A stretch of 63,545 bases of DNA, filler included, from Octopus bimaculoides (lineage: Eukaryota), in the NCBI RefSeq assembly GCF_001194135.2. It is 6 parts of 6 records of this genome, joined end to end, with 100 filler letters (N's around TTAATTAATTAA, not from the genome) between each part and the next. Parts side by side here need not be neighbours in the genome. Positions count along the whole stretch, not along the records: positions 20,941 to 40,651 come from NC_068984.1; 5 more parts are not named here. One strand, written 5' to 3'. Positions 27,396-39,885 of this stretch are shown here, piece by piece. The notes under the pieces are model-generated. The model ran no database searches, was not told the DNA's origin, and worked only from the letters and a program-made list of their open reading frames with translations. Each line of letters begins with the position of its first letter. Position 1 is the stretch's first letter. The position numbers and the translations under genes were made by a program.

Positions 27396-28040
27396 TATAA
27401 GGATTTCGTAATGAGATAAAGAACGAAAGCTGTGAATAATATAGAACATTTATAAATTGAAGGTCTTACAGCTGTTTCCAGGATATTTGATATATCCCTT
27501 CATCGGGGACGGTGTGAGAGGATGGTTAAGCAATAGTTAGGTTACGTAAGATAGAAAATAGAGAGTGAATGTAGGGATATTGTATTTGTAAATCCATTAT
27601 TTAGGCAGAATGGTATACATGTAACATTCCAGTAAATTGTGAGTAAAATCCAATAGTCTTTACGATTGGTCATTGCATTTTTATGTATAAACTCTGTATT
27701 TGGAATGGCCAATTTCAAAGACTGTTGGATTTTACTCATAGGGTATTGGAATCTTAATAATGGATTTACAAATGCAATGACCAATCTTAAAGACTGTTGG
27801 ATTTTTCTCACAAGCTACTGGAATCTTATATATACACCATTCTGCCTAAACAATGTATTTACGAATACAATATCCCTGCATTCACTCTCTATTTCCTAAC
27901 TATTGCTTAGCCATCCTCTCACACCGTCCCCGATGAAGTGATATATTAAATATCCTGGAAACAGCCATAGAACCTTCTATTTATAAATGTTCTATAATAT
28001 ACACAGCCTTGGTTCTTTATCTCATTACGAAACCCTTATA
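27396..28040. repeat. Long fold-back element (arms about 290 bp) with hammerhead-like motifs; Penelope pLTR-like
   Basis: 27396-27690 is the reverse complement of about 27760-28040 with scattered mismatches. The element sits in a TA-rich context. Confidence 0.88.
27462..27512 (-). ncRNA. Minimal hammerhead ribozyme-like motif (variant core)
   Basis: The - strand reads gtcc-CCGATGA-agggatat-atca-aatatcct-g-GAAAC-AGCT-GTA-agac: stem II ggatat/atatcc, palindromic stem III ACAGCTGT, GUA triplet. The core is CCGAUGA rather than CUGAUGA. Confidence 0.55.
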
Positions 28041-28138
28041 TATGTATATATATATGTATATATGTATACATGTATGTATATGTATATATATCTATATATG
28101 CATATATATGTATATGTATATATGTATATATATTTATA

Positions 28139-28174
<36 letters not shown>

Positions 28175-28987
28175 GTATGTATGTATGTATATGCACTTAT
28201 ATATATATACAAATATGTATATATATATTTATGTACATATATATGTATGAATATACATATATGTATTTATATATATTCATACACATGTATATGGATGTAA
28301 ATATATATATATACATTTAAATATATGTGTGAGTATATATANNNNNNNNNNNNNNNNNNNNNNNNNNNNNNNNNNNNNNNNNNNNNNNNNNNNNNNNNNN
28401 NNNNNNNNNNNNNNNNNNNNNNNNNNNNNNNNNNNNNNNNNNNNNNNNNNNNNNNNNNNNNNNNNNNNNNNNNNNNNNNNNNNNNNNNNNNNNNNNNNNN
28501 NNNNNNNNNNNNNNNNNNNNNNNNNNNNNNNNNNNNNNNNNNNNNNNNNNNNNNNNNNNNNNNNNNNNNNNNNNNNNNNNNNNNNNNNNNNNNNNNNNNN
28601 NNNNNNNNNNNNNNNNNNNNNNNNNNNNNNNNNNNNNNNNNNNNNNNNNNNNNNNNNNNNNNNNNNNNNNNNNNNNNNNNNNNNNNNNNNNNNNNNNNNN
28701 NNNNNNNNNNNNNNNNNNNNNNNNNNNNNNNNNNNNNNNNNNNNNNNNNNNNNNNNNNNNNNNNNNNNNNNNNNNNNNNNNNNNNNNNNNNNNNNNNNNN
28801 NNNNNNNNNNNNNNNNNNNNNNNNNNNNNNNNNNNNNNNNNNNNNNNNNNNNNNNNNNNNNNNNNNNNNNNNNNNNNNNNNNNNNNNNNNNNNNNNNNNN
28901 NNNNNNNNNNNNNNNNNNNNNNNNNNNNNNNNNNNNNNNNNNNNNNNNNNNNNNNNNGGGGACAAACATATACACACATACATATAC

Positions 28988-29024
<37 letters not shown>

Positions 29025-29029
29025 CGACG

Positions 29030-29125
29030 GGCTTCTTTCAGTTTCCGTCTACCAAATCCACTCACAAGGCTTTGGTCGGCCCGAGGCTATAGTAGAAGAC
29101 ACTTGCCCAAGGTGCCACGCAGTGG
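29030..29125 (-). mobile_element. tRNA-derived SINE (CORE-like cttgggcaagtgtcttct family)
   Basis: Reverse complement: agcttgcttaccaaccacatggttctgggttcagtcccactgcgtggcaccttgggcaagtgtcttctactatagcc...gaaactgaaagaagccc. Many copies in the window. Confidence 0.8.
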
Positions 29126-29887
29126 GACTGAACCCAGAACCATGTGGTTGGTAAGCAAGCTATATAGGCACGCACATTCACACACACGTGTATGTATATA
29201 TGCACTTATAAAGTCTCGCTGATGCGCACCCATGAATACAAAGTTACACGTCAATGTATATTTATATGTGTATGTGTTAAAAAATGAAGGAGATGAGAAG
29301 TTACTTCCACAAATGATTGTAGAGTTTAGGTATTTTGTTATAAAATTTAGAATGTTTTTAAGTATTGTAAATAGGAAGTTCAGGGAGGTGGATGTCACCA
29401 TGTATTTAATCTAATTTTAATTGTATTGCACTGAAGCTGTCAATGTTCGTTACTATTTCTAATAAAATGAATGACCTTCTATATAATTCTTATCTTGTTT
29501 TCTCTCATTTCTTACAGCTGCCACTGTTCTTTTTTTTATCATTGCTTGCGTCTTTTTCTCCTTCCTGTTGTTGTTGTTGTTGTTGCTTCCTGTTGTTGTT
29601 GTTGTTGCTACATGTCTGTGTATGTCTGTTTGCATATACATATATATATCGATGTGTATCTGTGTATAGTTATATATGTGTGTTTGTATGTGTGTGTGTG
29701 CGTGCGTATGTGTGTGTGTGCGTGCGTATGTATGTGTGTGTGCGTGCGTATGTATGTATGTATAGTAAGACAATATTTCACATGGTTTCTCAGACAATTC
29801 TCTGTTTCTGACATTCCTTCATAAGGTGCACTACAAAACGCTACACCCATTACACTCAGTGGTCACTGACCATTCGGTACTTTTCTC

Positions 29888-29895
29888 TATATAAA
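29888..29895 (+). promoter_or_regulatory. TATA box of the VWA gene
   Basis: TATATAAA lies 58 nt upstream of the signal-peptide ATG, consistent with a TSS near 29915-29930 and a very short 5' UTR. Confidence 0.6.
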
Positions 29896-29952
29896 CTGGC
29901 GTAACTTCCCTAATCATGTAGTATACGTTTGCAGTACGAACCATTTCTTAAA

Positions 29953-29997
29953 ATGTCTCTTGCAATCTTCGTGTTTCTCTCGTTCCTGCTTCTTGTG
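29953..29997 (+). CDS. VWA-domain secreted protein, exon 1 (signal peptide MSLAIFVFLSFLLLV)
   Basis: aaaATG context, hydrophobic 15-mer, perfect GTAAGT donor in phase 0, joins exon 2 in frame, TATA box upstream. Confidence 0.75.
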
Positions 29998-32213
29998 GTA
30001 AGTGGATAAATTTCATTTCAACATTGCTTCAATTCCCCAAAATGCAGAATATATAATTTTATGTATTTTTATACTGAGAGCATTTTTTCCTTTCAAACGT
30101 GTTATAAAGAAAATACTATTGCGAGAACATAGTCGTGTCTTCAACGTAACACACGCACGCGCACACACACATATACACACGCACACACACACACATACAC
30201 GCACACACACAAACACTCAGAATAATGCATAGTTGTTTAATGTGTAACATATATGGATGTATGTTAAAACATTATTTGAAATAATACCCAATACGAAATA
30301 TAAAATCTTTTTCATAAATCTGAATAAATTTTGATAGTTACGTATGAGTTTCGCTGTATACCCGGGTCAGTTTCCTCTCCCGAGTTAATTTAGTACTTGA
30401 ATGTAGCACAGTGAAACTCTGACCTTGGCCTAATTAAAGACCCTAAGGGTAATTGTCTATTCTACAACATCGTTTTACCATTAAGTTTACAATCCCTGTC
30501 ATAGTAGAATCGACATCTAAAATTCATAAACTTTTTTCTTACTTCCTTTCCCACTAACCCTTAGCAGTGACCATACCTTTAAAGGTTACTTTATTAATAA
30601 TCAGTTCTAAATTTTCATTTATTCCAATCTTGTACACATGTTAACTAGATGACTAATTACGTTCGTAAACTATTTCACTTCCCTTTACACTAAATACGAG
30701 CCATAATAAGAAACATCATACTATATAATGCATATCTATTCTTTACCTCCTGTAGAGACATTTGAACCGGAAATTGCTTTTGAAACAGCATAGATCTCAC
30801 TTATTTCCCAGAGAAATGTGAAATCTTTTAAACCTACAGTCACGCATATACAATTTATAAAACATTTACAAACACTAAAGGACAAGCAGAATTGGGAAAT
30901 CAATAATGCACTCTTACACCACACTATTTCTTCCACTTTGTCTCCACTTCCTCCTTTACAACGCTATTCTTTAATCATCTAAAGATCACTGATAATGATC
31001 TAAAGATCACTTTAATTATCCAACGATCACTGATAAAGAGCACATTTATTAACCCATTTTGATTCGTTAGAAACAGTAACCTGGGCGTTTTAACCCATTA
31101 CCTACCAGTGATCTCATATGAGATCACTTAAAAATTACAAATTTCGTAATTATCTGTCAATATTTACACATATCTAACCTTTTTGCTATATCTACTAGGT
31201 ATATTTCTCTGATATTCAAATGAGGTTTGCTCATTTTTCACCCGCTTATTTCTATTTAAAATGCATTTTGAAATGTTATTTTGATCATTCCAGCGTGTTT
31301 CTAAGGCTGTTTTATGCTAGAAATCAAAGTTTCATAAAAAAATTCCAGTTAATAGAATTACGGGAGATAATGAGTTAATGTAGAGCCACATGCATCATCC
31401 TAATCTAACGAAATACTGATAATTAAAATTGACACACCCATCTCCGTTATTAATTTACTACCAATTTCTTATCATTACAGGAAACTTACTACCCTTCTCC
31501 AGTCATATCCTTTTATTACAAATTTTTTTTAAATACTCTTCCTTCGAGAAACAGACTCAATTCCATATATATTTCATATAAATTCCAAACTCTTTGACTT
31601 CAACTTCCAGAGTTAGATATACGAAAACTTTCCTTCTTTTTATTTCTCTTTATCATATTTTCTTTTTTCATCTTTTCTCGCCTTAAATGTTTTAGGTTCA
31701 AAAAGCAACATCACAAAATATAATGTAAGCTAATATCCTGCTATATTAAGCATTTCTTTTTGTGAAAATCGTCTCTTCTTATTATGCCTCTATCTTTTGA
31801 TCATCGACTCCCAAAATCCAGAACAATCCTTCCTTCACCTAGCCACACACAAAGACGCTTAGACTTATAAATATAATGATGCATTTTAACACTGTTCATC
31901 CTATTTTGATCAGCATTCTCAACAAACTAAACATAATACAATACCTCTCTCTCTACCATTCGGATATACTTCTCTTTTCTATGAGTAGTTGCTTAACCCT
32001 ATTCTCGCAAAAATTTTGAGCATGTTCGAATTTTATGGCGTAATCGTATTTCATGGCATATGTTACATTGTAAATGGATATGTACTTTACACATGCTTTT
32101 AGAACTTTAACGCGCTTAACTCTAAAATGAGATCTAATATAACTGAAATTTGTTTACGTTTTAAGGTACATACACATTTATATGCATAAACTACAGTATG
32201 ATGTACAGACATT

Positions 32214-33091
32214 CGAGGGGGTGCCCAAAAGTAACCGGAAACGTTCTCTGTGAGACAAGCCTGTTGTAGTTCAGGCTTCCATCGCTAGAAGCCACTTGAT
32301 ACAATCCTCAGACATCTGTCTGTCGACCGGCGTCGTCGCGTAAGATCATAGAGCCACGTAGTGCATCTTTGTTTTGCTGTGCTTCTCCCCCTGTTCATTG
32401 GCTTTTGTGATGGCTGAAACAAAGGAACAGCGTTCTTCCGTAAAATTCTGTTTTTTGATGGGGAAAAACGGTGGCTGAAACAGTTGTCATGTTTCAAACA
32501 GCTTACAAGGACGCTGCCATGAGCAAAACATAAGTTTACGAGTGGTTTCCACGCTTTAGAAATGGTCACTTGTCGCTTGAAGACCAACCTTGTTCAGGAC
32601 GCCCGTCGACCTCCCGAACGAATGAAAACATCATGAAAATTCATGAAGTGGTCATGGAGAACCGTCGCCGAACAATTGATGAACTTGTTGATATAATTGG
32701 TGTGTCCTGGAACTCCTGCCAACAAATTTTGCGCGAGGAATTGCAACTGAAAAGAGTTGCAGCAAAATGTGTGCCTCGCTTGAATGCGTGTTGACCGAAT
32801 ACGTGTTGTGAACTGAAATGACAGTTGGAAGTTGATCTGAATCTTTTTTACAAGGTCACCACTGGTGACAAAAGCAGATGCGGAAGAGATGAAGGAAAAA
32901 ATGACGGAGACATTAAATGGCATCACTTCGCAAAAGTTCCAGCACTGCTTCGAATAATGGAAAACGTGTCTGAACCGATGCGTTGCTTCAAATGCAGAAT
33001 ACTTTGAAAGCGATAAAAGTGTAAACATGTAAAACAAAGTGAATAAAATAATACTGCAAATTTCCGGTTTCTTTTGGGTACCCCACCCCCG
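32214..33091 (+). mobile_element. Internally deleted mariner (Mos1-type) DNA transposon
   Basis: TIRs CGAGGGGGTGCCCAAAAGTAACCGGAAA / TTTCCGGTTTCTTTTGGGTACCCC...CG-TA. Transposase N-terminal HTH remnants EQRSSVKFCF, VYEWFPRFRNGHLSLEDQPCSGRPSTS, ILREELQLKRVAAKCVPR. Most of the DD34D domain is missing. Confidence 0.9.
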
Positions 33092-33639
33092 TACACACGC
33101 AGACTTATATTATCATTTAGTGTACACAAGACCTATATGTGAGCTACCTTAAATTTTATGCTCAGATAATGCAGAAATCAGACAGGCTTGTATAGCGTAC
33201 CGTGCACGAATCGACAATCTTTCAGGCTAAAATAAAATAAATATTCGTGGGGATATACAAGTGAAAAAAAATTCAAGAAAAAGCGTCAAGATATGTTCTA
33301 AGGGAATGGAGATAATCCCATTATATAAACAAGGTTATGTCCCTTTAACTCGCACATTGAAGAATACTATTAATACTGATGGTACGAAACTTAGAGTAGT
33401 TCACAAATGAGTTCTGTATTTCATGAAATGAAATTTATCACTCGCTGAATTGAATGCTTTTTTTTGTGTGGGGGCGCTTAGTTAGTCAACAAGCGCACAG
33501 TACTCTATATACCCTTTAACACGTGTATTTGCAATGGAAATTCATACGAATTTACAATACATATGTCAACCAAGATAGTCGCAAATTAAAATGAGGCTTC
33601 TTAGGATTCAACCAGCACAGTACAAAGATGAATTTTTAC

Positions 33640-35285
33640 CACTTGGCTTGCTCTATCAGGAATATACTTACCCTGTTAACCTATATATTAAGATGCTCCT
33701 AGCGAAAGTGAAAGACTCGGTGAAATAGATGTGATGGAAGGCTCTATATTTTGATGTTGAGCTGACACTCGACACCACGAAATTCTATGACTTAAACATA
33801 CGAAAAGATCGCAATAGGGTAAAAAGTTTAATTTCATTTAAAGCCGATCTACTCAATACAGCAACCAACATTGAAGTCTGTAAATACTCTAATATTTTCC
33901 ATGCTAAACTTTTTATAACTGATATTCGGAACTTTAAAACCCTAAAATATAAGTTCTTTATATTTTTTTCTAAGTTTAATAACTTTAATGAAATTAGCAA
34001 TGATAAACACAAGTTGTTGCATGATAGTACTTCTAGTAAATATAAGACAGTTAGCAGAGATAGATATATTGTCATTAATGATGCGCACTGTCATAGGCTG
34101 GTTTTACCACCTAAAGGATATATCTAGTTAAGTTTACACAGTTTGGTACCGTGGACTTGTTCTTCTCTGTAAATAAAGTAATTGAGTTCGCCAGTAAATA
34201 CGTCACTATCGACCAAACAGAAACTGAGTTAGTCATTCATGCATGTAAAACCCTCATCTTTAGTAAGGGTTCGACTTAGGTCAAGAAACCGAAACTATCC
34301 TAAAATCCTGTTTTCCTACCATGATATTGATTTGTTTTGAAATGATGGATTAGGCATATCTTATGGCTTTTAGGAAAATCTCATATCATATCCGTCTTTA
34401 GTACTATAGGTTTTAAAACATATCAGTAACAAACTTACTAAAGCTGTTTCCTTAGCTGCTTCTACGGACCTAGTTTTAAGCACCTAGAAACCCTATCATA
34501 AACCGAGCGAAAGACGTAGGTATATACAGAAACAAATTTATCACCCCACTATCGTCTTTAAAAACCACATTACTAACATTAGTAATAGGATCTCTAACTT
34601 CTCCTCTAAATACATTTTTGATAAAGCAGCCCTACAGTGGCTTTAAAGAGAAGATAACATAAACTCTGACACAAACATGGACTAGGTAAAAAAGAGAAGT
34701 AGGAAAGTTATATAGGTCACTCCCTTTCTCTTTCAATGTAAGAAATAATGTAGGTAAAGATTCTTAACCCCAATAGATAAACATTTCCGCGATAGCCATA
34801 GATGAAAGCCAAGAAAATCTTCTATAGAAGCTCCGTGAAAGGTTCCTACAGCTGCGGTTTTGATATGAAAAACATCTTTTCACATAACCCAGCAAGAACG
34901 TCCACTCCAAACTGCAGCTTCAGGAACTCACATACATACCTGCTAGACATGCATGGTTTGCTCAGCCTTCTAGGAAGCCAAACTACCCCCACGTTCCATC
35001 AAATGAAAGAACTGAAAGAAAGAAAAAAACATATGTTGGGCTATGTGAAAGAGGTTTAGAAGACATTTGCCAAGCACCGATGTTATTTCAAACATGTAGA
35101 TAAAAGAAGAAAAAAACAAAACCTTACAAGCCATATCTAGGACAGCAGTATAGCAGATATTATTGAGTGGACCATTGTAGAAGATCTACGCGACTATTAA
35201 AAAAACTCTCATTTTTATTAGATCGAAGACCTGCAGCCCTACTAAATTCGAGAGCTGAGATTTGGTTGCCGCGTAAATGAAAGGT
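33640..35285 (+). mobile_element. Degenerate Penelope-like element (N-terminus, partial RT, GIY-YIG region)
   Basis: M*WKALYF, ISFKADLLNTATNIEVCKYSNIFHAKL, KIFYRSSVKGSYSCGFDMKNIFSHN (about KIFNRNTVKxSYSCxxNM..II..HN), KKHMLGYVK (YIG-like), LLNSRAEI (about LLNKRSE). Confidence 0.75.
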
Positions 35286-35400
35286 TTTATATTTCAAACC
35301 ATAATTGAATTTCTTCATTGTAATAAATCAAACGATACATTAAAGAAAAGTCTTTAATATAATCGCTCATTATTTTATATTCTTCTTCGTCACTGACTTT

Positions 35401-35524
<124 letters not shown>

Positions 35525-36312
35525 ATATGTGTTTTATGTAGATGTTGGCATGATTATATATTTCTCTAGTATTTAGTATTTCTGTCGTAACATTATTTCT
35601 TCAAGCGTCAGCTAAAAGTGTAGATGCGTTATTAAGTGGATATGGATAATTATTGTGTGGAATTATTAATATGAAAGCAAATATCTAATGAAAACGAGAA
35701 TTAATTATAAAATGATTTGAAACTCTGAAAATCACTCCGCGCTACAGATAATTTCCATCACAGCTTATTACTTGGCATTAACCAATGTGTGTGTGTGTGT
35801 GCGTGTGTGTGTACGCGCGCGTGTGTGACATTTTTATTTGATAGCTTCCGTATTTTTCTCTTACTCGAACATTCTGCGGTCGAAACTAATTGAATGCATT
35901 TTAAATTGTCCCCATTTAGTTTGTTGCGTATCTTAAAAATGGTTGTTGTTATTTAGCCTCTGGCTAACTATTATCAAACACATACCAAATATGAGTATCC
36001 GGTTTTTTGAATTTGGGTGAAGATATTTTCCAGGATTTTCATATTTAGCTTAAGAGGGTAAGGTATGGTTAGAGAGAAACTGTTTTCTACTTATAACAAC
36101 AGTTATGCAAAATCTTTGCATCTCAGCACCTCAGTACCTTAACACCACTTTAATACTAAACAGAATACTTTCATTTAGACATTCGTTCAATATCAAGTGG
36201 AAATAATAAAAAAGCGAAAGTTTATGAGTATATGATTAGTTAATATTGCTATAAATAGAATAACATAACTCATATACTATTATTTTAATTTTATTTTTCA
36301 TCTCTTTGCCAG

Positions 36313-36337
36313 GTTGACACGAGCCAGACAGTTAAAG
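36313..36337 (+). CDS. VWA-domain protein, exon 2 (25-nt micro-exon, VDTSQTVK-G)
   Basis: Polypyrimidine tract ending ctctttgccAG, donor AAG|GTAATT, phase 0 to 1. It links exon 1 and the VWA exon exactly in frame. Confidence 0.75.
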
Positions 36338-37074
36338 GTAATTATATTTTATATTATATATGTAGCTAAAAGACCAATCTGCTAATGAACATAAACAGAA
36401 AAACAATGCAACAAATCCATTAGACAGTAACTTGCCCAAAATTATGCATATTACACGGAAAGTAAACCATATGAAACAAACGCATGCCAAGTATACAAAA
36501 AGCGAACCCATAAAAAACAAAAGTCTTATAAAACGAAAAGCAAAAAGTGTGACAGCAAACCATAAACTAACATGAATGAAATATTACAAAAACAATAAGA
36601 TCGCAAACCTCCTTATTAACAACACACTACAAGCATTTAAACCGGAGAACACACCCAAAATGAACAACGTAACTTATGAATATGACTGAAAGTGAAAGTT
36701 GCAAACTTCACTATCCAGTTGCGTGCAAATCTAACAGCCAAAACTTTAAGGCTTCAACGGTCATATTCTGGTTGTAAAGTTTACGACCACTCACTATAAA
36801 AGGGGCTGAAGAGAAGACAACATCACTTTTCACCCTGAAGATGAGACTATGACAGCATGGAAACTTGGATAAATAGCAATTTTGGAACATTATTGTTCCA
36901 AACGATATATAAGGGTCTCGTAATGTAGACACAAAAATCTCTAATGATAAGTAAAATTAAACTATATTTGCAACGTCTTTTTAATATGTATTGTTTAAAA
37001 GAAAAGCTATTGCCCATATGTACAAATGTACATAGACATGGGATGAAGCGTGGTTCTGTAATTAAGAAGCTTAT

Positions 37075-37175
37075 TTCCTAAACATGGGGCCTTGGAATCA
37101 ATGCCATTGCGCCACACTTTAGGCAAAGACTTGTGAGTGGATTTGGTAGACAAAAACTGAAAGAAGCCCATTGTA
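37075..37175 (+). mobile_element. SINE fragment (CORE-like family)
   Basis: ccttgtgagtggatttggtagac..aaactgaaagaagcccattgtata followed by (TACA)n. Confidence 0.7.
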
Positions 37176-37184
37176 TAGATGTAC

Positions 37185-37215
<31 letters not shown>

Positions 37216-37519
37216 CATACATACATACATACATACATACATACATACATACCAATGAATGAAACAAGTAAAATATAATTACTCTTAGAAAATTGTTGTT
37301 TAAATTCAAATATATGAGGCATTATATAATGAGACTAATGTATTGTAAAAGAATTATATTGTATATATCTGCACACAATAAGAAGATAAAGTCTTTTGCA
37401 CGTAAACATACAAATATGTATGGGTGTGTGTGATTGTATGTGTATGCGTCTATTTATATATACATATTTTCTACGTTACTATGTGCATATATTCATATTA
37501 ATATCATTATATATTCTAG

Positions 37520-38083
37520 GATGTTCAGGAAAATCCGCTAGTATCATATTTGTCTTGGACTCTTCAAGTAGTGTTTGGGTCGAAGACTATCGGAGACAAT
37601 TAAAGTTTGTCACCAAACTAGTAGACAGCTTTGATATTAAACCAGATGGAGACAGTGTTCAAGTTGGCGTGATAACTTTCAGCAGCAGAGCGAATTTAGA
37701 TATTTCCTTAAACAAATTCACTACAAAAGAGTATCTCAAAACTGCTATTTTGGCCATTCCTTATCGAGGCGGAATTACTAACACTGCAAAAGCGCTTATT
37801 TTATTGAGAAAGGAAATGCAAAGTGTCCTCGAAAGACGTTCTGGTCCTTTTATTGCAATAATTGTAACAGATGGTCATTCACGACAACCCAATAAAACTG
37901 CAAAGGAAGCCAAAACTCTTCATGAACTTGGGATCAATGTTTATGCAATAGGTGTTGGCAAAGAGTACAGTGTTGAAGAACTAAAAGCTCTTGCCAGTGA
38001 TCCTGACGAAAATGTCTACCAAGTTACTGACTATTACGCGCTGGAAAAGCTTTCCCAGAGACTTGATATAAAGACGTGCAACG
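37520..38083 (+). CDS. VWA-domain protein, exon 3: one complete VWA domain (matrilin/collagen VI-XII-like class)
   Basis: Phase 1-1 exon of 564 nt (attctAG|GA TGT...AAC G|GTAAAG). Motifs IIFVLDSSSSV (DxSxS), QVGVITFS, GGITNTAKAL (MIDAS T), IIVTDGHS (MIDAS D), VYAIGVG, ELKALASDP. Flanking Cys pair (CSGK / KTCN). Confidence 0.95.
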
Positions 38084-39195
38084 GTAAAGTTAATGATATT
38101 ACTGTATTACATTTATTTCATAAAATGTTTCCACGATGCTTGCAATCCCATTTGCCGTAGATTTCTAATCATTACTCAATACTTCAAACCAGTCGATTAG
38201 CCAATATTATAAATGTTTTGCCAATACAACCTACAACGAGAGGGAAATGGAGGTGATTGCTTTGTCAAAATTTGAACTCTAGCATTAACAGCGGTAGAAT
38301 CTACGTTTTTATGAAGTTCGCTATATATATATATATATATATACAGAAATTGATATTAATGACGTGTGTCATCGTCTAGTAGATTCTAAAAGGATCATGT
38401 AAGAGTGAGTTGGTCTTCTAGTACTATATCTATACGTGTTTTGACCGGAGTCAGTCCTTTGTAAAAGGTATTCTGGCCATGGCCATCCATTCTTATAAAT
38501 CACCCAACATGTCCTTCCATTTTGAAAACAAATGGGGCGTTATTTGGCTGTTATTACTTGCAGTTGGGGCAACTACATAGAGGTTTGTTTTAACTTAACC
38601 TAGAAGAACCTATCCCATCGCAGGTTGTATTTATAAGACGGAGTAAACGTTCGTTAAAATTAGCGTTTCCGTTTTTCATGAAAGAGCAGTATTTCTTATG
38701 TTCTCTGGCTTGTTAAGAATAAACTTCACTAGTACTGGTAACAGGATACGAATCATCGAACATTCATTCAGTTCTCTTTCTTTTCGGTCAATTGTAATTT
38801 TTACTCATACTAGTACTCGAGTTAAAAAAAAAAAGATAACTGAATGAACAATAATAGTGTAGGTATTTCTTTTAATGTCTGACTCTTTAACAGTTATCTA
38901 TTTCATCCTTTTTCTTTTCCAAATGACCATTATATAACTTAATTTCACAATTAAACATTTAATATATAGTATCGCCCAAAACGCAGCTCCTGCGTTACAT
39001 ATATACAATGACTATTTTATGTAATTGACTGTGTCATGTTTATCGGTTATAATTAAGTATTACTCAATTATTGTTAATGACAGAATTTCCAAGAAAAAGA
39101 GAAAAACTATACTTAGAATGTATTGTAAGACTCTAGCATGCATTATTGTCTTTTAATGTCCCTTTCATAATGATTTTGATATTCCTTCTTGACAG

Positions 39196-39231
39196 ATATA
39201 CCGATATTACCAACAGCCAGTATGTCCACAG
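39196..39231 (+). CDS. VWA-domain protein, exon 4 (36-nt micro-exon, (D)IPILPTASMST)
   Basis: ccttcttgacAG acceptor, CAG|GTACGC donor, symmetric phase 1-1, open and P/S/T-rich like a linker. Confidence 0.7.
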
Positions 39232-39353
39232 GTACGCTCATCAACGATTTTAATCATTTATATGTATAGGAGAAAGGAGTGAGGAGTGTGATATATGTCA
39301 AGAGCTATTAGCATAGTCGAAATGAAATGGTTTCAGCTGTGATTTGTAAGAAT

Positions 39354-39404
39354 GTCGAGGGTTTTCAACAGTCGAGGGTTTTCAACAGTCGAGGATTTTC
39401 AACA
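39354..39404. repeat. 17-bp tandem repeat x3 (GTCGAGGGTTTTCAACA)
   Basis: Three near-perfect units. Confidence 0.9.
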
Positions 39405-39482
39405 GCTTAACTCTTGCTGAGTGATGCTCACTTCAATTTCTGATATAAAGGTATTTTCTTTGGCAGGAATTTATGCAGTAAA

Positions 39483-39885
39483 CATAACATGGAAGTCCTG
39501 GTTAAGGACCAATGTTGCTGTAATTTAGCCCCAGGAGGCATCGTCTCCAGCTGGCTATACGACACGATCTGTGTCTTTATATTTTTGAACAAGGGAATCT
39601 AGCACCCCACGCAGCTCAAAACAATATTTGTGTATCGCGATTTCTGGGTTATTTCTCTTTATCAGCACAGAATAATTGTTCGGCAGAATAATTGTTCTGT
39701 GCTGATGAAAAGAAATAACCCAGAAATCGCGATACACAAATATTGTTTGGAGCTGAGTAGGGGTGCTAGATTCTCTTGTTCGAAAATATAAGGACACAGA
39801 ACGTGTCGTACAGCCAGTTGGAGACGATGTCTGCTGGGGCTAAATTACAGCAACATTGGTCCTAAACCAGGACTGCCATATTATG
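39483..39885. repeat. Fold-back / MITE-like palindrome (arms about 195 bp, tiny loop)
   Basis: 39483-39680 pairs with 39685-39885 (cataa.atgg.agtcctggtt.aggaccaatgttgctgtaatttagcccc...). Confidence 0.9.

Noticed and set aside
36835-36864. CTGAAGA...GAAAC hammerhead-like core
   Set aside because: Stem II does not pair and there is no NUH triplet in the expected place. At best a very decayed pLTR.
37396-38160. 254-aa single-exon VWA ORF as listed in the track
   Set aside because: Its ends are intronic low-complexity sequence. Canonical splice sites at 37520 and 38083 bound the domain exactly.
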